Shown: piece after piece, positions 1 through 9,644 of the stretch
How the letters are laid out: each line of letters opens with the position of its first letter
Numbering within the stretch: position 1 is the stretch's first letter
From: Candidatus Nitricultor lacus
Lineage (GTDB): Bacteria > Atribacterota > Atribacteria > Atribacterales > Atribacteraceae
NCBI GenBank assembly: GCA_007128145.1
Contig: SKXZ01000224.1
Span: forward strand, 1-37,836
Length of the DNA stretch: 37,836 nt
Reading direction: 5' to 3'
Program-made: the position numbers and the translations under genes
The notes under the pieces: generated by a model
What the model was told of the DNA's origin: nothing
Seen by the model: only the letters and a program-made list of their open reading frames with translations
The model's database searches: none

Positions 1-9
1 AGTTCGATT

Positions 10-1569
10 TCAGAATACGATCATAATCCGCTGTATGCGGATTGGATCCGTATGGGGCCGGGGGCCGTCCCATTCCAAAACCAACCGGTTTATTCCATCG
101 ATCAAGTCGGAGGAAGTCACTGTAAGCCTTTGGTCATCATCGGGGCTGAGGGTTCCCCGCACAGGGTTGAACCTTCCCACGTACCTGTTGTTGAGCACCA
201 CGTTGAGGTTGGTACGGGGCTCTCCCTGTACCCAGGCAATAATGGAGGCCCTCTGTGGAAGCTCTCCGGGATCAAAAGTGAATTCAAGGCTATCTCCCGG
301 TCTCAATTCGAGCGTGGAACGACCGCCCTGTGCGTAACCCGTCACTATCCTTCCAGAATACCTCACGTCTATTCCATCATGAATGGGCGATCCGGAGCTG
401 AAATCCAGGGAAAAAGAGGTAGCTACAGGCCGGGGTGAACGTGGGCGAACGCGCTCCGGTTCCACCGTACCGACAATGTACTGGCTGACAGGCGAAAGCC
501 CGGGGGCTCCCCTGAATTCAGCATTGATTTCCACTTCCCTCGGTAAACGCACGGTGGGTGCGTAATAGTACACAACCACACGTCCGGAGGAGCCGGTGAT
601 TGCGGACGTTCGATCAAAATCTCCACTTTCGGCCGACCAGAAAATAGTCCGGCCAAACACGGGATTTCCCTGCTCATCGCGCAGAGTCGCCTCCAAACGA
701 ACCCTCTCTCCGGAGATCACTGTAAAGGTCGAGGGGTTGATACTGAGGCGGGGTGGCCGTACAGGAGAGCGCACGTCAGCCGTAGTCCGTGCGGAACTTG
801 CCTCATACATACGGTCACCGTGGAAACGAACGGTTATGGTTACCGGACCACGGTCCCCGGCAGGCGCGTAAAAAGTGTTGCGCGATTGCCCCTGGGGTGA
901 AGTGGTGGTGATACTCGAACCGAGAGACCCCCTGTTTGTCGACCACTCCAGCTGTCTGCCCGCTAAAAGCCTTCCATTTTCATCTCTGAGAGTGGCAGTG
1001 AGGACGACCGATCCATCAGGATCGATACTGAAAGACGCCGGATCAATCCTGAGCGTCGTTGCCGTTACCCGGGCCATAACGGAATAATGTGTACGATTGG
1101 TGGCGTAATTACGGAAAATCCGGCCTGCTCGATGCGGTTCACGGATAAAATCTTCCAGGTTTCTGTCTGAAACCACGTCGGGAGTTAATAAAACCACAAC
1201 TCTTTCAGTCCCGGAAGGCCCGGTGATAGTGCCATTATAGGAGCGGGTCGAACCCTGTGTCACGAACTGGTCACGCACCAGGACGCTCACCGATCCATCG
1301 CTCTGGTAGTGCAAGAGGTTGATGTACCCGCCACTGGTGGCCCGGTAGCGTATGGTGATAGGTTCCCCCACCTCATACGCCGCCCCCTCTCCACGGTCGA
1401 CGGACAAGGATATCTGGGGTGATTGGGGAATATCGGCATAAGAACCGGGACTGAGATTGAAACGAAAAGTCACGCGGGGTTGCGCGAGGGCAACTGCAGA
1501 AACCAGTAATACCGCAACAATTACTGCGGAAAGGAGAAGAATATATATAGGCTGTTTAGACAAAAACAT
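10..1569 (-). CDS. Secreted or cell-surface protein with an N-terminal signal anchor, a DUF4384-like domain, two tandem Big_1 (invasin/intimin-type Ig-like) domains and an uncharacterised C-terminal domain
   Basis: 519 aa ORF. Hydrophobic N-terminus (IYILLLSAVIVAVLLVSAVALA). The GEPITIRYRATSGGYINLLHYQSDGSVSVL segment looks DUF4384-like. Two internally similar segments (LTATLRDENGRLLAGRQLEWS and LEATLRDEQGNPVFGRTIFWS) are typical of Big_1. SD GAGGGAGG lies upstream of the ATG at 1569. Confidence 0.6.
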   Translation of the reverse strand: MFLSKQPIYILLLSAVIVAVLLVSAVALAQPRVTFRFNLSPGSYADIPQSPQISLSVDRGEGAAYEVGEPITIRYRATSGGYINLLHYQSDGSVSVLVRDQFVTQGSTRSYNGTITGPSGTERVVVLLTPDVVSDRNLEDFIREPHRAGRIFRNYATNRTHYSVMARVTATTLRIDPASFSIDPDGSVVLTATLRDENGRLLAGRQLEWSTNRGSLGSSITTTSPQGQSRNTFYAPAGDRGPVTITVRFHGDRMYEASSARTTADVRSPVRPPRLSINPSTFTVISGERVRLEATLRDEQGNPVFGRTIFWSAESGDFDRTSAITGSSGRVVVYYYAPTVRLPREVEINAEFRGAPGLSPVSQYIVGTVEPERVRPRSPRPVATSFSLDFSSGSPIHDGIDVRYSGRIVTGYAQGGRSTLELRPGDSLEFTFDPGELPQRASIIAWVQGEPRTNLNVVLNNRYVGRFNPVRGTLSPDDDQRLTVTSSDLIDGINRLVLEWDGPRPHTDPIRIQRIMIVF

Positions 1570-1694
1570 GTCAATTACCTCCCTCGTGGATACCTGAATT
1601 GAACCAATCGGTAAACTTCATACTGATATCATAGCCATAGCTTTAAGAGTTTCATAGAGTTCCCACTGCTGGAAAAAAAATAGTTACCGATTTT

Positions 1695-2948
1695 TCACTT
1701 ACCATCAAACACTGCGAGCAATGCTTCTATTCCCGAGACAATTATAGCACCGGATGAACGTATCGTACCCAACAAGTGCCGGGCTTCTCCTTCCGTGAAG
1801 TCATAATCCTCACGCAGCCCCTCTTCGAAAATTATCACCTGTTTTCCCTTTCGCACCAGGGTGAGAACCTGCCGGAGGTTTTCCAGGTTTCCGTATCCCC
1901 AGTAGGTCGGTGCTACCACAACCCAGCGCGATTGCCCCGCGAGTATCCGGAAACGCTCCGCTGTCTCCGGCCCGAGAGGTGAAAAGGGTTTTTCCGCGGC
2001 CACGGGAAGCCCCAGCCGGCGCGCTGTTTCTTCATCGGTATCAAGCTTGTTGACCATACCCACGCTCACCTGAAAGCCATGTTCGGTGAGGGCGCGCATT
2101 AAGGGTATTCCCGACCCTCCACCACACACGATGTGCACCCGTTCACCCTCCTTCTTTACCGGCTCACGGCGCTTGAGGGGCATGAAGAACGGCCGGTACG
2201 TATGGGGATGGACCTCCTCCAGGAATTCCACATTCAGCAACTCCTCCACTGCGGCGACGTGCATCACCTCATTTATCGGTCCATCACGCAAGATTTTGCC
2301 TGCCTTGAGGAAAAGCGCCCTGGTGCAAAACTGGGATACCAGGTTCAGGTCATGGAACACTCCTACCACCGTCATTCCCTTCCTTCGCAGAGAAAGAAGG
2401 ATATCCATGATCTCGAGCTGATGGAGAACATCCAGATGACTGGTAGGCTCATCCAACAGAAGGAGTTCCGGTTCCTGGGCCAGGGCACGGGCGAGCATCA
2501 CCCTCTGGCGCTCACCACCGGAGAGTTCACCCAGGGGACGGTCGGCAAAGGATGCAGTCGCGGTCGCATGCATGGCTTTTTCCACCGCTTGGTAATCTGC
2601 CTCGCTTTCCCTCCTGAAACGCCGCAGATGAGGGAACCGGCCCAACAGCACCACCTCGAAACAAGGGAGAAAAATATCAGTGGGGACCTCCTGGAACACC
2701 ATTCCCACCACCCGTGCCCACTCCTCCCGGCGCAAAGGGGAGGTCGGATTGCCTTCCAGCTCCACTTTGCCCGAGGAAGGAGGAAGTAACCCGGCTAAAA
2801 GGTACAGCAGGGTGCTTTTCCCGGAACCGTTCGGTCCGGCCACACCCAGAAATTCACCCCGGGGGAGCTGGAAAGAGACCCCTCGCAGGGCTTTACGATC
2901 TCCGTAAGCGAAGCTGAGTGAACGAACGTGCAGGAAAGGCTTCACCAT
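1695..2948 (-). CDS. ABC transporter ATP-binding protein (FepC/BtuD iron-siderophore/cobalamin type) with an extra C-terminal domain of about 160 aa
   Basis: Walker A GPNGSGKST, signature LSGGERQRV and Walker B LLLLDEPTSHLD. It overlaps the upstream permease by 7 nt. The C-terminal part (from about aa 255, VHIVCGGGSGIPL...) is not part of a canonical NBD. Confidence 0.85.
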   Translation of the reverse strand: MVKPFLHVRSLSFAYGDRKALRGVSFQLPRGEFLGVAGPNGSGKSTLLYLLAGLLPPSSGKVELEGNPTSPLRREEWARVVGMVFQEVPTDIFLPCFEVVLLGRFPHLRRFRRESEADYQAVEKAMHATATASFADRPLGELSGGERQRVMLARALAQEPELLLLDEPTSHLDVLHQLEIMDILLSLRRKGMTVVGVFHDLNLVSQFCTRALFLKAGKILRDGPINEVMHVAAVEELLNVEFLEEVHPHTYRPFFMPLKRREPVKKEGERVHIVCGGGSGIPLMRALTEHGFQVSVGMVNKLDTDEETARRLGLPVAAEKPFSPLGPETAERFRILAGQSRWVVVAPTYWGYGNLENLRQVLTLVRKGKQVIIFEEGLREDYDFTEGEARHLLGTIRSSGAIIVSGIEALLAVFDGK

Positions 2949-3973
2949 CGCCCCCTCCTCCTGCGCAGCAGATACACGAAAAATGGTGCTCCCAGAATCC
3001 CGGTAACGATGCCCACCGGCAGTTCCACGGGGTGTACGACGGTTCGGGCGATCACGTCAGCCCACAACAGCACCACTCCACCGGCAAATAAGGAAGCGGG
3101 CAGAAGAAGGCGGTGGTTTTGCCCGCCCAAAAGGCGCACGAGATGCGGTACCACAAGGCCCACGAAACCGATGACACCGCTTACAGAAACACAGGCCGCC
3201 ACCAGGAGAGAAGAGGTGACCAGGAGGCGTTTTTTGACTTTTTCCACGTCAACCCCCATACTCTCGGCGGCCCGTTCCCCCAGGAGAAAAGCATTGAGTT
3301 CACGGGCATGGGCAAGAAGAACCGGTACCGCAAACACGGTAAAAGGAAGAGTCATCCACACTTCACGGTACCCCCGGTTCCACAAGCCTCCCATGATCCA
3401 AAACACTACCTGGTGAAGGCTTTCCCCCGCCATGTACATTCCCAGGGAAATGAGGGCGGAAAAGAAAAAACCAACTGCTACTCCGGCCAAAAGGAGGGTT
3501 TCCAGGGGGAAGCGGTGTCCAATTCTTCCCAGGCTGAAGACCACGGCCGCCGTAAGCAGGGCGAAAGCAAAGGCGGTGACGGGTATGGCAAGAACACTCC
3601 GCGATATACCGGTAAGAATGGCTACCACCGCCCCGAAGGCGGCCCCGGAGCTTATTCCGAGAATATAAGGATCCACCAGGGGGTTACGGAAGAGTCCCTG
3701 CATGACCGCGCCGGAAAGAGACAGCCCTCCGCCTACCAAAACAGCCAGAAAAACACGGGGAAGCCGTATCAGGAGAAGGATAGTCCGCTCGGTTCCCTCA
3801 AGCTGCCCCGGCCGCAGGAAGGCGCCGATATCACTCACATTAAGTGTTCCCCCGCCCACCGCTCCCGCCAGGAGAATACTTAAAAAGAGACCTCCCGCCA
3901 GGGCGACCATCAACAGGCGGTCGCGACGGCGCTCATGGTCACGCCTTGCCCTAGGGGAGCTCAAGTGCTCCAT
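2942..3973 (-). CDS. FecCD/BtuC-family ABC permease
   Basis: 343 aa polytopic protein with typical FecCD motifs (LSGAVMQGLFRNPLVDPYILGISSGA, IGFVGLVVPHLVRLL). It lies between the binding-protein and ATPase genes. Confidence 0.85.
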   Translation of the reverse strand: MEHLSSPRARRDHERRRDRLLMVALAGGLFLSILLAGAVGGGTLNVSDIGAFLRPGQLEGTERTILLLIRLPRVFLAVLVGGGLSLSGAVMQGLFRNPLVDPYILGISSGAAFGAVVAILTGISRSVLAIPVTAFAFALLTAAVVFSLGRIGHRFPLETLLLAGVAVGFFFSALISLGMYMAGESLHQVVFWIMGGLWNRGYREVWMTLPFTVFAVPVLLAHARELNAFLLGERAAESMGVDVEKVKKRLLVTSSLLVAACVSVSGVIGFVGLVVPHLVRLLGGQNHRLLLPASLFAGGVVLLWADVIARTVVHPVELPVGIVTGILGAPFFVYLLRRRRGRW

Positions 3974-4871
3974 GGGATTCTACGCGTGCGGGGTGGAAGA
4001 GAGACGCAAACAAGCGCAATGCTTCGACCACCCTCGGTCCGGAGCGGGAAACGATGTCTGAACTCACCCGGTGTACTCTTCCATTCTCTCGGGCGGAGGT
4101 GGCCCCGAGTCGGGAGTCCGACATCACGAACTCATAGGGCAGGTTTTCAGCTGCTCCATGATCGTCCACCACGGTGATTATCTCCGGATTCCGCCGCAGT
4201 ACTTCCTCAAGATCAAGTGTCACATAGCCTGAAAGCTCACCGGTGAGGTTATGTCCCCCTGCCCGATTGATCAGGTGACCGACAAAAGTATCTCCTCCCA
4301 CCGTCCATACCGGGTCATGCCAGATAAGGTGGAGCACGGAGGGTTTATCCTCTTCTTCCAATCCTTCCAGGAGCGAGAGTACTTCCCCTGCTTCCTCCCG
4401 CAGCGACTCCACTTTCTCAAGTCCTTGCGGGTGATGGGCGATCAAGGACACGATCTCCATGGATTCGAATATTTCCTCGATCGTCCGGGGTTCGAGAACA
4501 AAGACGTCGAGCCCCAGTTCCGTGAGCCTCGTTACCGCTTCATCCGGCGTGAGTGAACTTGCCAGTACCAGGGCAGGAGCGAGTCGGACAACGGCTTCCA
4601 AATCAACCTCGGTAATGCTTCCGATGACATCCTTTTCAGCCACCTCCGGCGGGTAGTTACAATACGTTGTCACACCCGCCAGGCGATCAGCCAAACCCAG
4701 GTAATAGACAATTTCCGTATTGGCCGGTGAAAGTGATATGATCCGCTCGGGGGGTGCTGAAAAACGGAGTGTTCTGCCCTCGTGATCCGTAAACTCCGTA
4801 CCGGCGTGCGCAGAAGGCAAAAAGGTAAGCAAAAGGAGAAAGAGAGTACATACGATACAGCATAACTTCAT
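3951..4871 (-). CDS. Periplasmic/lipoprotein-type substrate-binding protein (BtuF / Fe-siderophore class, cluster A)
   Basis: Start reassigned to ATG at 4871 (MKLCCIVCTLFLLLL..., SD GAGGTGA 7 nt upstream). The longer track ORF (to 4955) runs into the riboswitch expression platform. The sequence pattern IISLSPANTEIVYYLG is typical of BtuF-like PBPs. Confidence 0.8.
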   Translation of the reverse strand: MKLCCIVCTLFLLLLTFLPSAHAGTEFTDHEGRTLRFSAPPERIISLSPANTEIVYYLGLADRLAGVTTYCNYPPEVAEKDVIGSITEVDLEAVVRLAPALVLASSLTPDEAVTRLTELGLDVFVLEPRTIEEIFESMEIVSLIAHHPQGLEKVESLREEAGEVLSLLEGLEEEDKPSVLHLIWHDPVWTVGGDTFVGHLINRAGGHNLTGELSGYVTLDLEEVLRRNPEIITVVDDHGAAENLPYEFVMSDSRLGATSARENGRVHRVSSDIVSRSGPRVVEALRLFASLFHPARVESHGALELP

Positions 4872-4980
4872 GGAAAGATCACCTCGTTTATTGGCATGGA
4901 AAGAGAAGGAGGTGAGGGAGGATATCCCGGGCATGGTCGGCGGAAACCACATCAATCCCCACCTCCTCTTTCCACGAAGA

Positions 4981-5150
4981 GTGGTTGGGGTAACATGGAG
5001 GCAGGTCTCCTGACTCCCGGATCTTCGCGTACGCGTTTGCCTTCCCGGTTTTTACCAGTGGCTCTGTACGAGCGCCGCTCCCCGGTCACAGTGGCGGGAC
5101 CGCGCCGGAATCACACCGGACTTCCCTTTTAAGGCCCGAAGGCCACCCAC
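4981..5150 (-). promoter_or_regulatory. Cobalamin (B12) riboswitch controlling the BtuFCD-like operon
   Basis: Minus strand reads AAAAGGGAAGUCCGGUGUGAUUCCGGCGCGGUCCCGCCACUGUGACCGGGG...GCCACUGGUAAAAACCGGGAAGGC...AGUCAGGAGACCUGCC. This is the conserved cobalamin core plus B12 box (box at 5000-5015). P1 candidate is GUGGGUGG/CCAACCAC. Confidence 0.9.
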
Positions 5151-5168
5151 AGTACTTCAACCGGTCAC

Positions 5169-5196
5169 AGTATACCACCCGGGAAAAAAGAGTCAA
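5169..5196 (-). promoter_or_regulatory. Sigma70-type promoter for the riboswitch/btu operon
   Basis: Minus strand: TTGACT (5196-5191), 16 nt spacer, TGgTATACT (-10 at 5174-5169, extended TG). The predicted TSS is a few nt before riboswitch P1. Confidence 0.7.
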
Positions 5197-5201
5197 GGCT
5201 T

Positions 5202-5398
5202 TAAAAAGCGGGGGAAGGTAGGGCGGGGAAGTGGGGAATTGGAAAGGCGGTGGAATTCCACTACTCACGACTCCCTACTCCCGACTCACTGACTTTGCAC
5301 CCCTTCTACCCTTTTACCCTTATACCCGTCTACTTAGATGCCCGTCTACCCTTTTACCAATATACACATATACACATATACGCGTATACGCATTTCCG
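5202..5398. repeat. Mosaic intergenic repeat block: module C (inverted, 5202-5247), module A (5258-5298, + orientation), module B 8-nt periodic tract (5299-5398)
   Basis: CCACTAC TCACGAC TCCCTAC TCCCGAC TCACTGA heptamers are followed by ACCCTTTT ACCCTTAT ACCCGTCT ... ACACATAT ACACATAT ACGCGTAT ACGCATTT octamers. The same modules recur at 23530-23760 and 31385-31607. Confidence 0.85.
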
Positions 5399-5412
5399 TT
5401 CGAGCTCTTGAA

Positions 5413-5847
5413 TTATTCGAGAAAGGGATTGATTACCGTCACTTCCCCGTATTTCTGCTTATGAGAAAGGTCTTCTGACCAGAGTATGGAACAACCAAGG
5501 CAGTTGGCACTACATATGATGAGTGCATCCCAAAAAGAAAGCTCGAATCTTTGCTGTATCGTAATAGCTTCCAAAATATCCTTTAGATCAGGCATATGAA
5601 ATTTCCATTGCCCAAGATCAGCAATAATCAATGATGCTTTATCATACGGCAAGGGTTTGGGAACCTTCTGAGTGATGTTCACATATAATTCCTGAAGAAC
5701 CTGGCTGCTCAGGCACCCATTTCCAGTATGCCAGAGTTTTTTTACCAATGCAGTTGAACGCATGTTCTTATCAGGATCCGAACGGTCAAAAGCGTATATA
5801 AATATATTTGTATCTACAAATTGTAATATACTATTTCTTTCTTTCAT
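5413..5847 (-). CDS. vapC: PIN-domain toxin (VapC family)
   Basis: 144 aa. Acidic PIN residues are in context (FVDTNIFIYAFD, QVLQEL, FWDALI, WSED). It overlaps the upstream small antitoxin ORF. Confidence 0.8.
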   Translation of the reverse strand: MKERNSILQFVDTNIFIYAFDRSDPDKNMRSTALVKKLWHTGNGCLSSQVLQELYVNITQKVPKPLPYDKASLIIADLGQWKFHMPDLKDILEAITIQQRFELSFWDALIICSANCLGCSILWSEDLSHKQKYGEVTVINPFLE

Positions 5848-6079
5848 GAACTTCTTCTCTTTCCCAGGGAATTTTTCCTTCCATTCCCAGATTGAAGCCT
5901 TTTTCTAACAGGGCAAGCTGTCTGGAACATGCATTTTGGTATGCTTTTTCATTGTTTACCAATTCTTCAAGAACCCTGGTTAACAGTCCTGATACTGATG
6001 TGTTTTTATCCACGGCAATATGTTTTACTTTTTGAAGTAAATCCTTAGGCAAAGAAAGGGTTATATTGCGTCGTTCCAC
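5831..6079 (-). CDS. vapB: Ribbon-helix-helix type antitoxin (VapB-like)
   Basis: Start reassigned to GTG 6079 (SD GGAGGTG, 8 nt spacing). The N-terminus VERRNITLSLPKDLLQKVKHIAV is a typical RHH beta-strand/helix. It is the 5' partner of the PIN gene. Confidence 0.65.
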   Translation of the reverse strand: MERRNITLSLPKDLLQKVKHIAVDKNTSVSGLLTRVLEELVNNEKAYQNACSRQLALLEKGFNLGMEGKIPWEREEVHERKK

Positions 6080-6111
6080 TGTATGGTCACCTCCACGTAT
6101 ATAAGTATAAC

Positions 6112-6139
6112 ACATTAATACGTGAGATATGAAATTCAA
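6112..6139 (-). promoter_or_regulatory. Candidate vapBC promoter with a flanking inverted repeat (ACGTAT..17 nt..ATACGT)
   Basis: Minus strand: TTGAAT, 16 nt spacer, TAATGT. The ACGTAT/ATACGT arms bracket the -10 and TSS region, as expected for antitoxin autoregulation. Confidence 0.4.
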
Positions 6140-6145
6140 CCTTCA

Positions 6146-7351
6146 CTACCGATTCAGGAAAAACCAGAAAACGGCCCATGAAGCCACCGCCAGTGTCGGC
6201 AGTATCATTTTCCGGTACACAGAGGCCAATTGTACATCGAAGTAGCGGCAGGAAACCACCAGGCACAGGTGGGTAGGGGAAAAGATGATGCCTGCATAGC
6301 CTCCCATGAAAACGAGGGGAAGTATCGCTTCCAGGGGATACCCGGTCAATAAGGGCAAAACCACGGGGAGGGATATACCAACAAAGGCGGCGCTGAAGCC
6401 GCTCACCAGGGCAACCAGGAAAGGAATTCCCATGCCCAGGGCAAGCACGGGTAAATCACGTGCCACCAGATACTCCACCGTCTGATTGACCACGCCGGTT
6501 CCCAGAAGAACCGCCTGGAAAACCAGGATACCGGTTATATCAAGCACCAGGCCGGCGGACGCTTTCCCCCACAGGGAAGAAAAGATTTTTTTCACTGGAA
6601 CGCGCTGGAACAGGACAGAGGCCACGATTCCCAATACTGCTCCCAGCCAGGCAGGTCCTCCCAAAAGAATCACGATCACCGGTACAACAACGGGTGAAAT
6701 AGCCCGGAAGATCCCTGTATTTCCAGCATTTTCCTCTTTTCCCCCGTTCTCCCCGAATTCCTCCTCCGGCTCCCTTCGTACCACCCACCAACCGGCCACG
6801 GCGGCTATGAGAGCAAAAGGCAGATGGCGACTCATCACCCAGGATAGAGGCACCTCAGCGAGGTTGGAAAAGAGGAGTATCGCCGGATAGAGGGGGAGGA
6901 CATATTCCCACACGTGCCGGAACCAGTAATTTATGAAGGTGAGGGTGGACGTGGTGGTACGATGCGAAGGCCGGGAAGCGTCTACCATGGGTGCGGAAAA
7001 CAATGCTCCGCCCGGCATGGGTAAAAGACCGATCATGAAAGGAAGAACAACGGACAATCTCCTCCTGCCCCGTACCAGGTTCTTTCCCGCCTGTACCATC
7101 CGCTCTATTCCCCCGGTCCGTGAGAGAAAGGTAGCCAGACACATAATGGCCATCACCGCGGCAATAAGTTCGAGGTTTTCAGGATCGAGAAACGTGGAGA
7201 TAGTGAGCGATACTGCCTGAAGAGGTGGCACACCATGCAGAAGGAACAATATTCCCGAAGCCAGCAACAGGGACAACCCCAGGTTGATTTTGTAACGAAG
7301 AAGAAAGAGCACCATGGCGAAAACACCCAGAATAGAAAAAAGAGCATACAT
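6146..7351 (-). CDS. Polytopic integral membrane protein, putative transporter (DUF401-like)
   Basis: 401 aa with roughly 10 or more hydrophobic segments and a short charged central loop (REPEEEFGENGGKEENAG). Family assignment is from memory of overall architecture only. Confidence 0.45.
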   Translation of the reverse strand: MYALFSILGVFAMVLFLLRYKINLGLSLLLASGILFLLHGVPPLQAVSLTISTFLDPENLELIAAVMAIMCLATFLSRTGGIERMVQAGKNLVRGRRRLSVVLPFMIGLLPMPGGALFSAPMVDASRPSHRTTTSTLTFINYWFRHVWEYVLPLYPAILLFSNLAEVPLSWVMSRHLPFALIAAVAGWWVVRREPEEEFGENGGKEENAGNTGIFRAISPVVVPVIVILLGGPAWLGAVLGIVASVLFQRVPVKKIFSSLWGKASAGLVLDITGILVFQAVLLGTGVVNQTVEYLVARDLPVLALGMGIPFLVALVSGFSAAFVGISLPVVLPLLTGYPLEAILPLVFMGGYAGIIFSPTHLCLVVSCRYFDVQLASVYRKMILPTLAVASWAVFWFFLNR

Positions 7352-7404
7352 TCATTGCCTCCATTACGTTGCTTGATGGGTGATGGATCGAAAAACAGCG
7401 TTCC

Positions 7405-8406
7405 TTACTCCACCCTTTGTGCATCCAGCTTTCGCAAAAATTGATTCAGCTCTTGGGCTACCCGGTGTGGTTTTTCCTCATGGGGAAGATGACCGCACCG
7501 CTTGAGTATGACCAGATCCGCATCGGGTACAATGTTCTGCAGACTTTCAGCATGTTGAAGGGGAACAAGGGGGTCATCGGCTCCTTGAATGATGAGGACC
7601 GGCATATCAAGGAGGGAGAAATCCGGAAGAACATGATTGCGGCCTGAATCCCGAAAAAGATATAAAAGCGCAAGGCGGGACCTGGGATTATCCACCAGGG
7701 GGTTTATCAAGCGCTCGACCATATCTTCATCCACTATCCCGGGGTCGTATACACTCTCACGCAGGATATCGGCCAACTTCCCTGGTGAGCGCACAAGGCG
7801 GCGTACCAGGGTGCTTGCCACAACCCGGGTGAAAGGGAAATCCACCAAAAAACGGGCAAAGGGAATGCCCCGTGCGGTGTAGACAGCGGGCGAGAGGAGG
7901 ACAATACCCACTACCATCTCCGGCATGGAAAGCGCGATCCGCAGGGCCAGGTTTGCGCCCATGGAGTGCCCGACAAGCACTGCTTTTTCCCGGCCTTTTT
8001 CAGAAATAAACTCCCCCAGCAAGCGCGCCTGGTTCCGGTGTGAATAATTCTCCATTCTAGCGGGGCGTGACCGGCCCTGGCCGGGAAGGTCAACCAGCAA
8101 AATATGTTCTTCTCCCTCCCAATAGCCAAGCAACGGTTCCCAAGTCCGCAGGTTTTCCCCGAACCCGTGTAAAAAAACTACGGTCACATCATCAGGACTA
8201 TCTCCCTCCCGGTAATGAAGCATATTGTGCGAAAATTCATTATACCTCGATTGCGAAATTTCAGTGCGCTGGTGAGACGCAAACCCCATGGCTTGCGCGG
8301 AAAAAAGAAACACTACCATCCCTGCAATAACACACAGGATGAGGGGTGCATGGATTTTCTCAGGTATCACTGTCAACCCCTTCTTTCCCAATCGAGTTTT
8401 CCACAT
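7405..8406 (-). CDS. Alpha/beta-fold hydrolase with N-terminal signal anchor
   Basis: HGFGEN oxyanion region, nucleophile elbow GHSMGA, and C-terminal GADD...CGHLPHEE catalytic Asp/His context. The N-terminal TM is HAPLILCVIAGMVVFLF. The start overlaps the upstream gene by 47 nt, so the start is uncertain. Confidence 0.8.
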   Translation of the reverse strand: MWKTRLGKKGLTVIPEKIHAPLILCVIAGMVVFLFSAQAMGFASHQRTEISQSRYNEFSHNMLHYREGDSPDDVTVVFLHGFGENLRTWEPLLGYWEGEEHILLVDLPGQGRSRPARMENYSHRNQARLLGEFISEKGREKAVLVGHSMGANLALRIALSMPEMVVGIVLLSPAVYTARGIPFARFLVDFPFTRVVASTLVRRLVRSPGKLADILRESVYDPGIVDEDMVERLINPLVDNPRSRLALLYLFRDSGRNHVLPDFSLLDMPVLIIQGADDPLVPLQHAESLQNIVPDADLVILKRCGHLPHEEKPHRVAQELNQFLRKLDAQRVE

Positions 8407-8608
8407 CCTTGATAATGAAATAAGCGCGTGTGAACTGGTTTACCGGTACCTGGATGTCTACACCGGCTGAATCTCCGAAGTAGGCTTCGCCACCGTACGG
8501 TTCGGTGGTGGACTTGAGAACCACCTTGATCCCCTCGGCCTCAAGATGCCCGCGAATAAGCTCGGCTTCCATCCGGGTATGGGTCGTTTTTACAGTTTTA
8601 TACTCCAC
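8360..8608 (-). CDS. Small DUF2007-like (putative signal-transducing) protein
   Basis: 82 aa. The MEAELIRGHLEAEGIKVVL pattern is typical of the DUF2007 beta-alpha-beta fold. Confidence 0.5.
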   Translation of the reverse strand: MEYKTVKTTHTRMEAELIRGHLEAEGIKVVLKSTTEPYGGEAYFGDSAGVDIQVPVNQFTRAYFIIKDVENSIGKEGVDSDT

Positions 8609-8807
8609 TCCGCGTCAGCTCCTTTCTCACTACTTTTCTATACCTCAACCACTCCTTCTCTCCCTCAATTCCCCCGTATCTACAGTTTTCTTATTCACCT
8701 GATGTGATTTGCGATGTGTGAAATGAACCTTATTTATTATAGAATATATATCAATTCCAGAAATATGAGAAAAATTCAAAAGGCTATTGAGGGTTATGGG
8801 CGTTTAT

Positions 8808-8846
8808 TTACTACTCACGATTCACGACTCACGACTCACTGTATTT
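8808..8846 (+). repeat. Module A heptamer repeat, sense-oriented in the 5' leader of the nitroreductase gene
   Basis: TTACTAC TCACGAT TCACGAC TCACGAC TCACTGT, then ATTTCAGAAC GGAGG TTTTCA ATG (8864). Confidence 0.85.
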
Positions 8847-8863
8847 CAGAACGGAGGTTTTCA

Positions 8864-9592
8864 ATGAACGAAGAACTGGGAGCACGTTTTCAGCGTTTTA
8901 CCAAGTATTATCCGGGAGTAGCCCCTTCAAGGAAAATCAGTCAAACCTCACCCCCTGAGCCATTCAAAACCTACACGGATGTTCCGGTTGTGCAACTACC
9001 GACCCCAACCACGCTTTCTGCGCCCTTGCAGCAATTACTCAAGCAGCGTAAAAGCGTGCGGCATTATGAAAGGAAAGCTCTTACTCCCGAAGAGGTTGGA
9101 ACGCTTCTGTGGGCCGCAGGCGGTGTGCGGAGCCATGAGGGAAACTATTACTTTCGCACCGCTCCTTCTGCCGGAGCCCTCTATCCCCTGGAAACGTACG
9201 TTGCAGCCAACCGGGTGGAAGGAATCCCGGCCGGTATCTACCACTACCGGGTAAGGGAACACCTGCTGGAAGAAATAAACAAAGGTGAAAAGGGAGCAGA
9301 CTTCGCCAAAGCCTGCATGGGGCAGGATTTCCTCTTCCAGGCACCGCTGGTGGTAGCCTGGACAGCGGTCTTTGCCCGTGCAGAGTGGAAATACGGAGAC
9401 CGGGCTTACCGCTATGTGTACCTGGATTGTGGCCACGTGGCCCAAAACCTCGCCCTTGCCGCCTGTGCCATGGGGTTGGGGTCCTGCCAGGTTGGAGCGC
9501 TCTTTGATGATAAGGTCAATTCACTGCTTGGCGTGGACGGGGAAAAGGAAAGTATCCTGTATATGAGCTCGGTGGGTGCACCCGGTGAATAA
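8864..9592 (+). CDS. SagB-type dehydrogenase / nitroreductase-family protein
   Basis: Start reassigned to ATG 8864 (SD GGAGG); the track ORF's first 50 aa are translated repeat. RKSVRHY, SAGALYP and LDCGHVAQNLALAA are nitroreductase-fold hallmarks. Confidence 0.8.
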   Translation: MNEELGARFQRFTKYYPGVAPSRKISQTSPPEPFKTYTDVPVVQLPTPTTLSAPLQQLLKQRKSVRHYERKALTPEEVGTLLWAAGGVRSHEGNYYFRTAPSAGALYPLETYVAANRVEGIPAGIYHYRVREHLLEEINKGEKGADFAKACMGQDFLFQAPLVVAWTAVFARAEWKYGDRAYRYVYLDCGHVAQNLALAACAMGLGSCQVGALFDDKVNSLLGVDGEKESILYMSSVGAPGE

Positions 9593-9644
9593 AATACACG
9601 TGAGCGAGCGCGAAAGAGCAGATATTTCCGGAAAAAGGGAGTCG

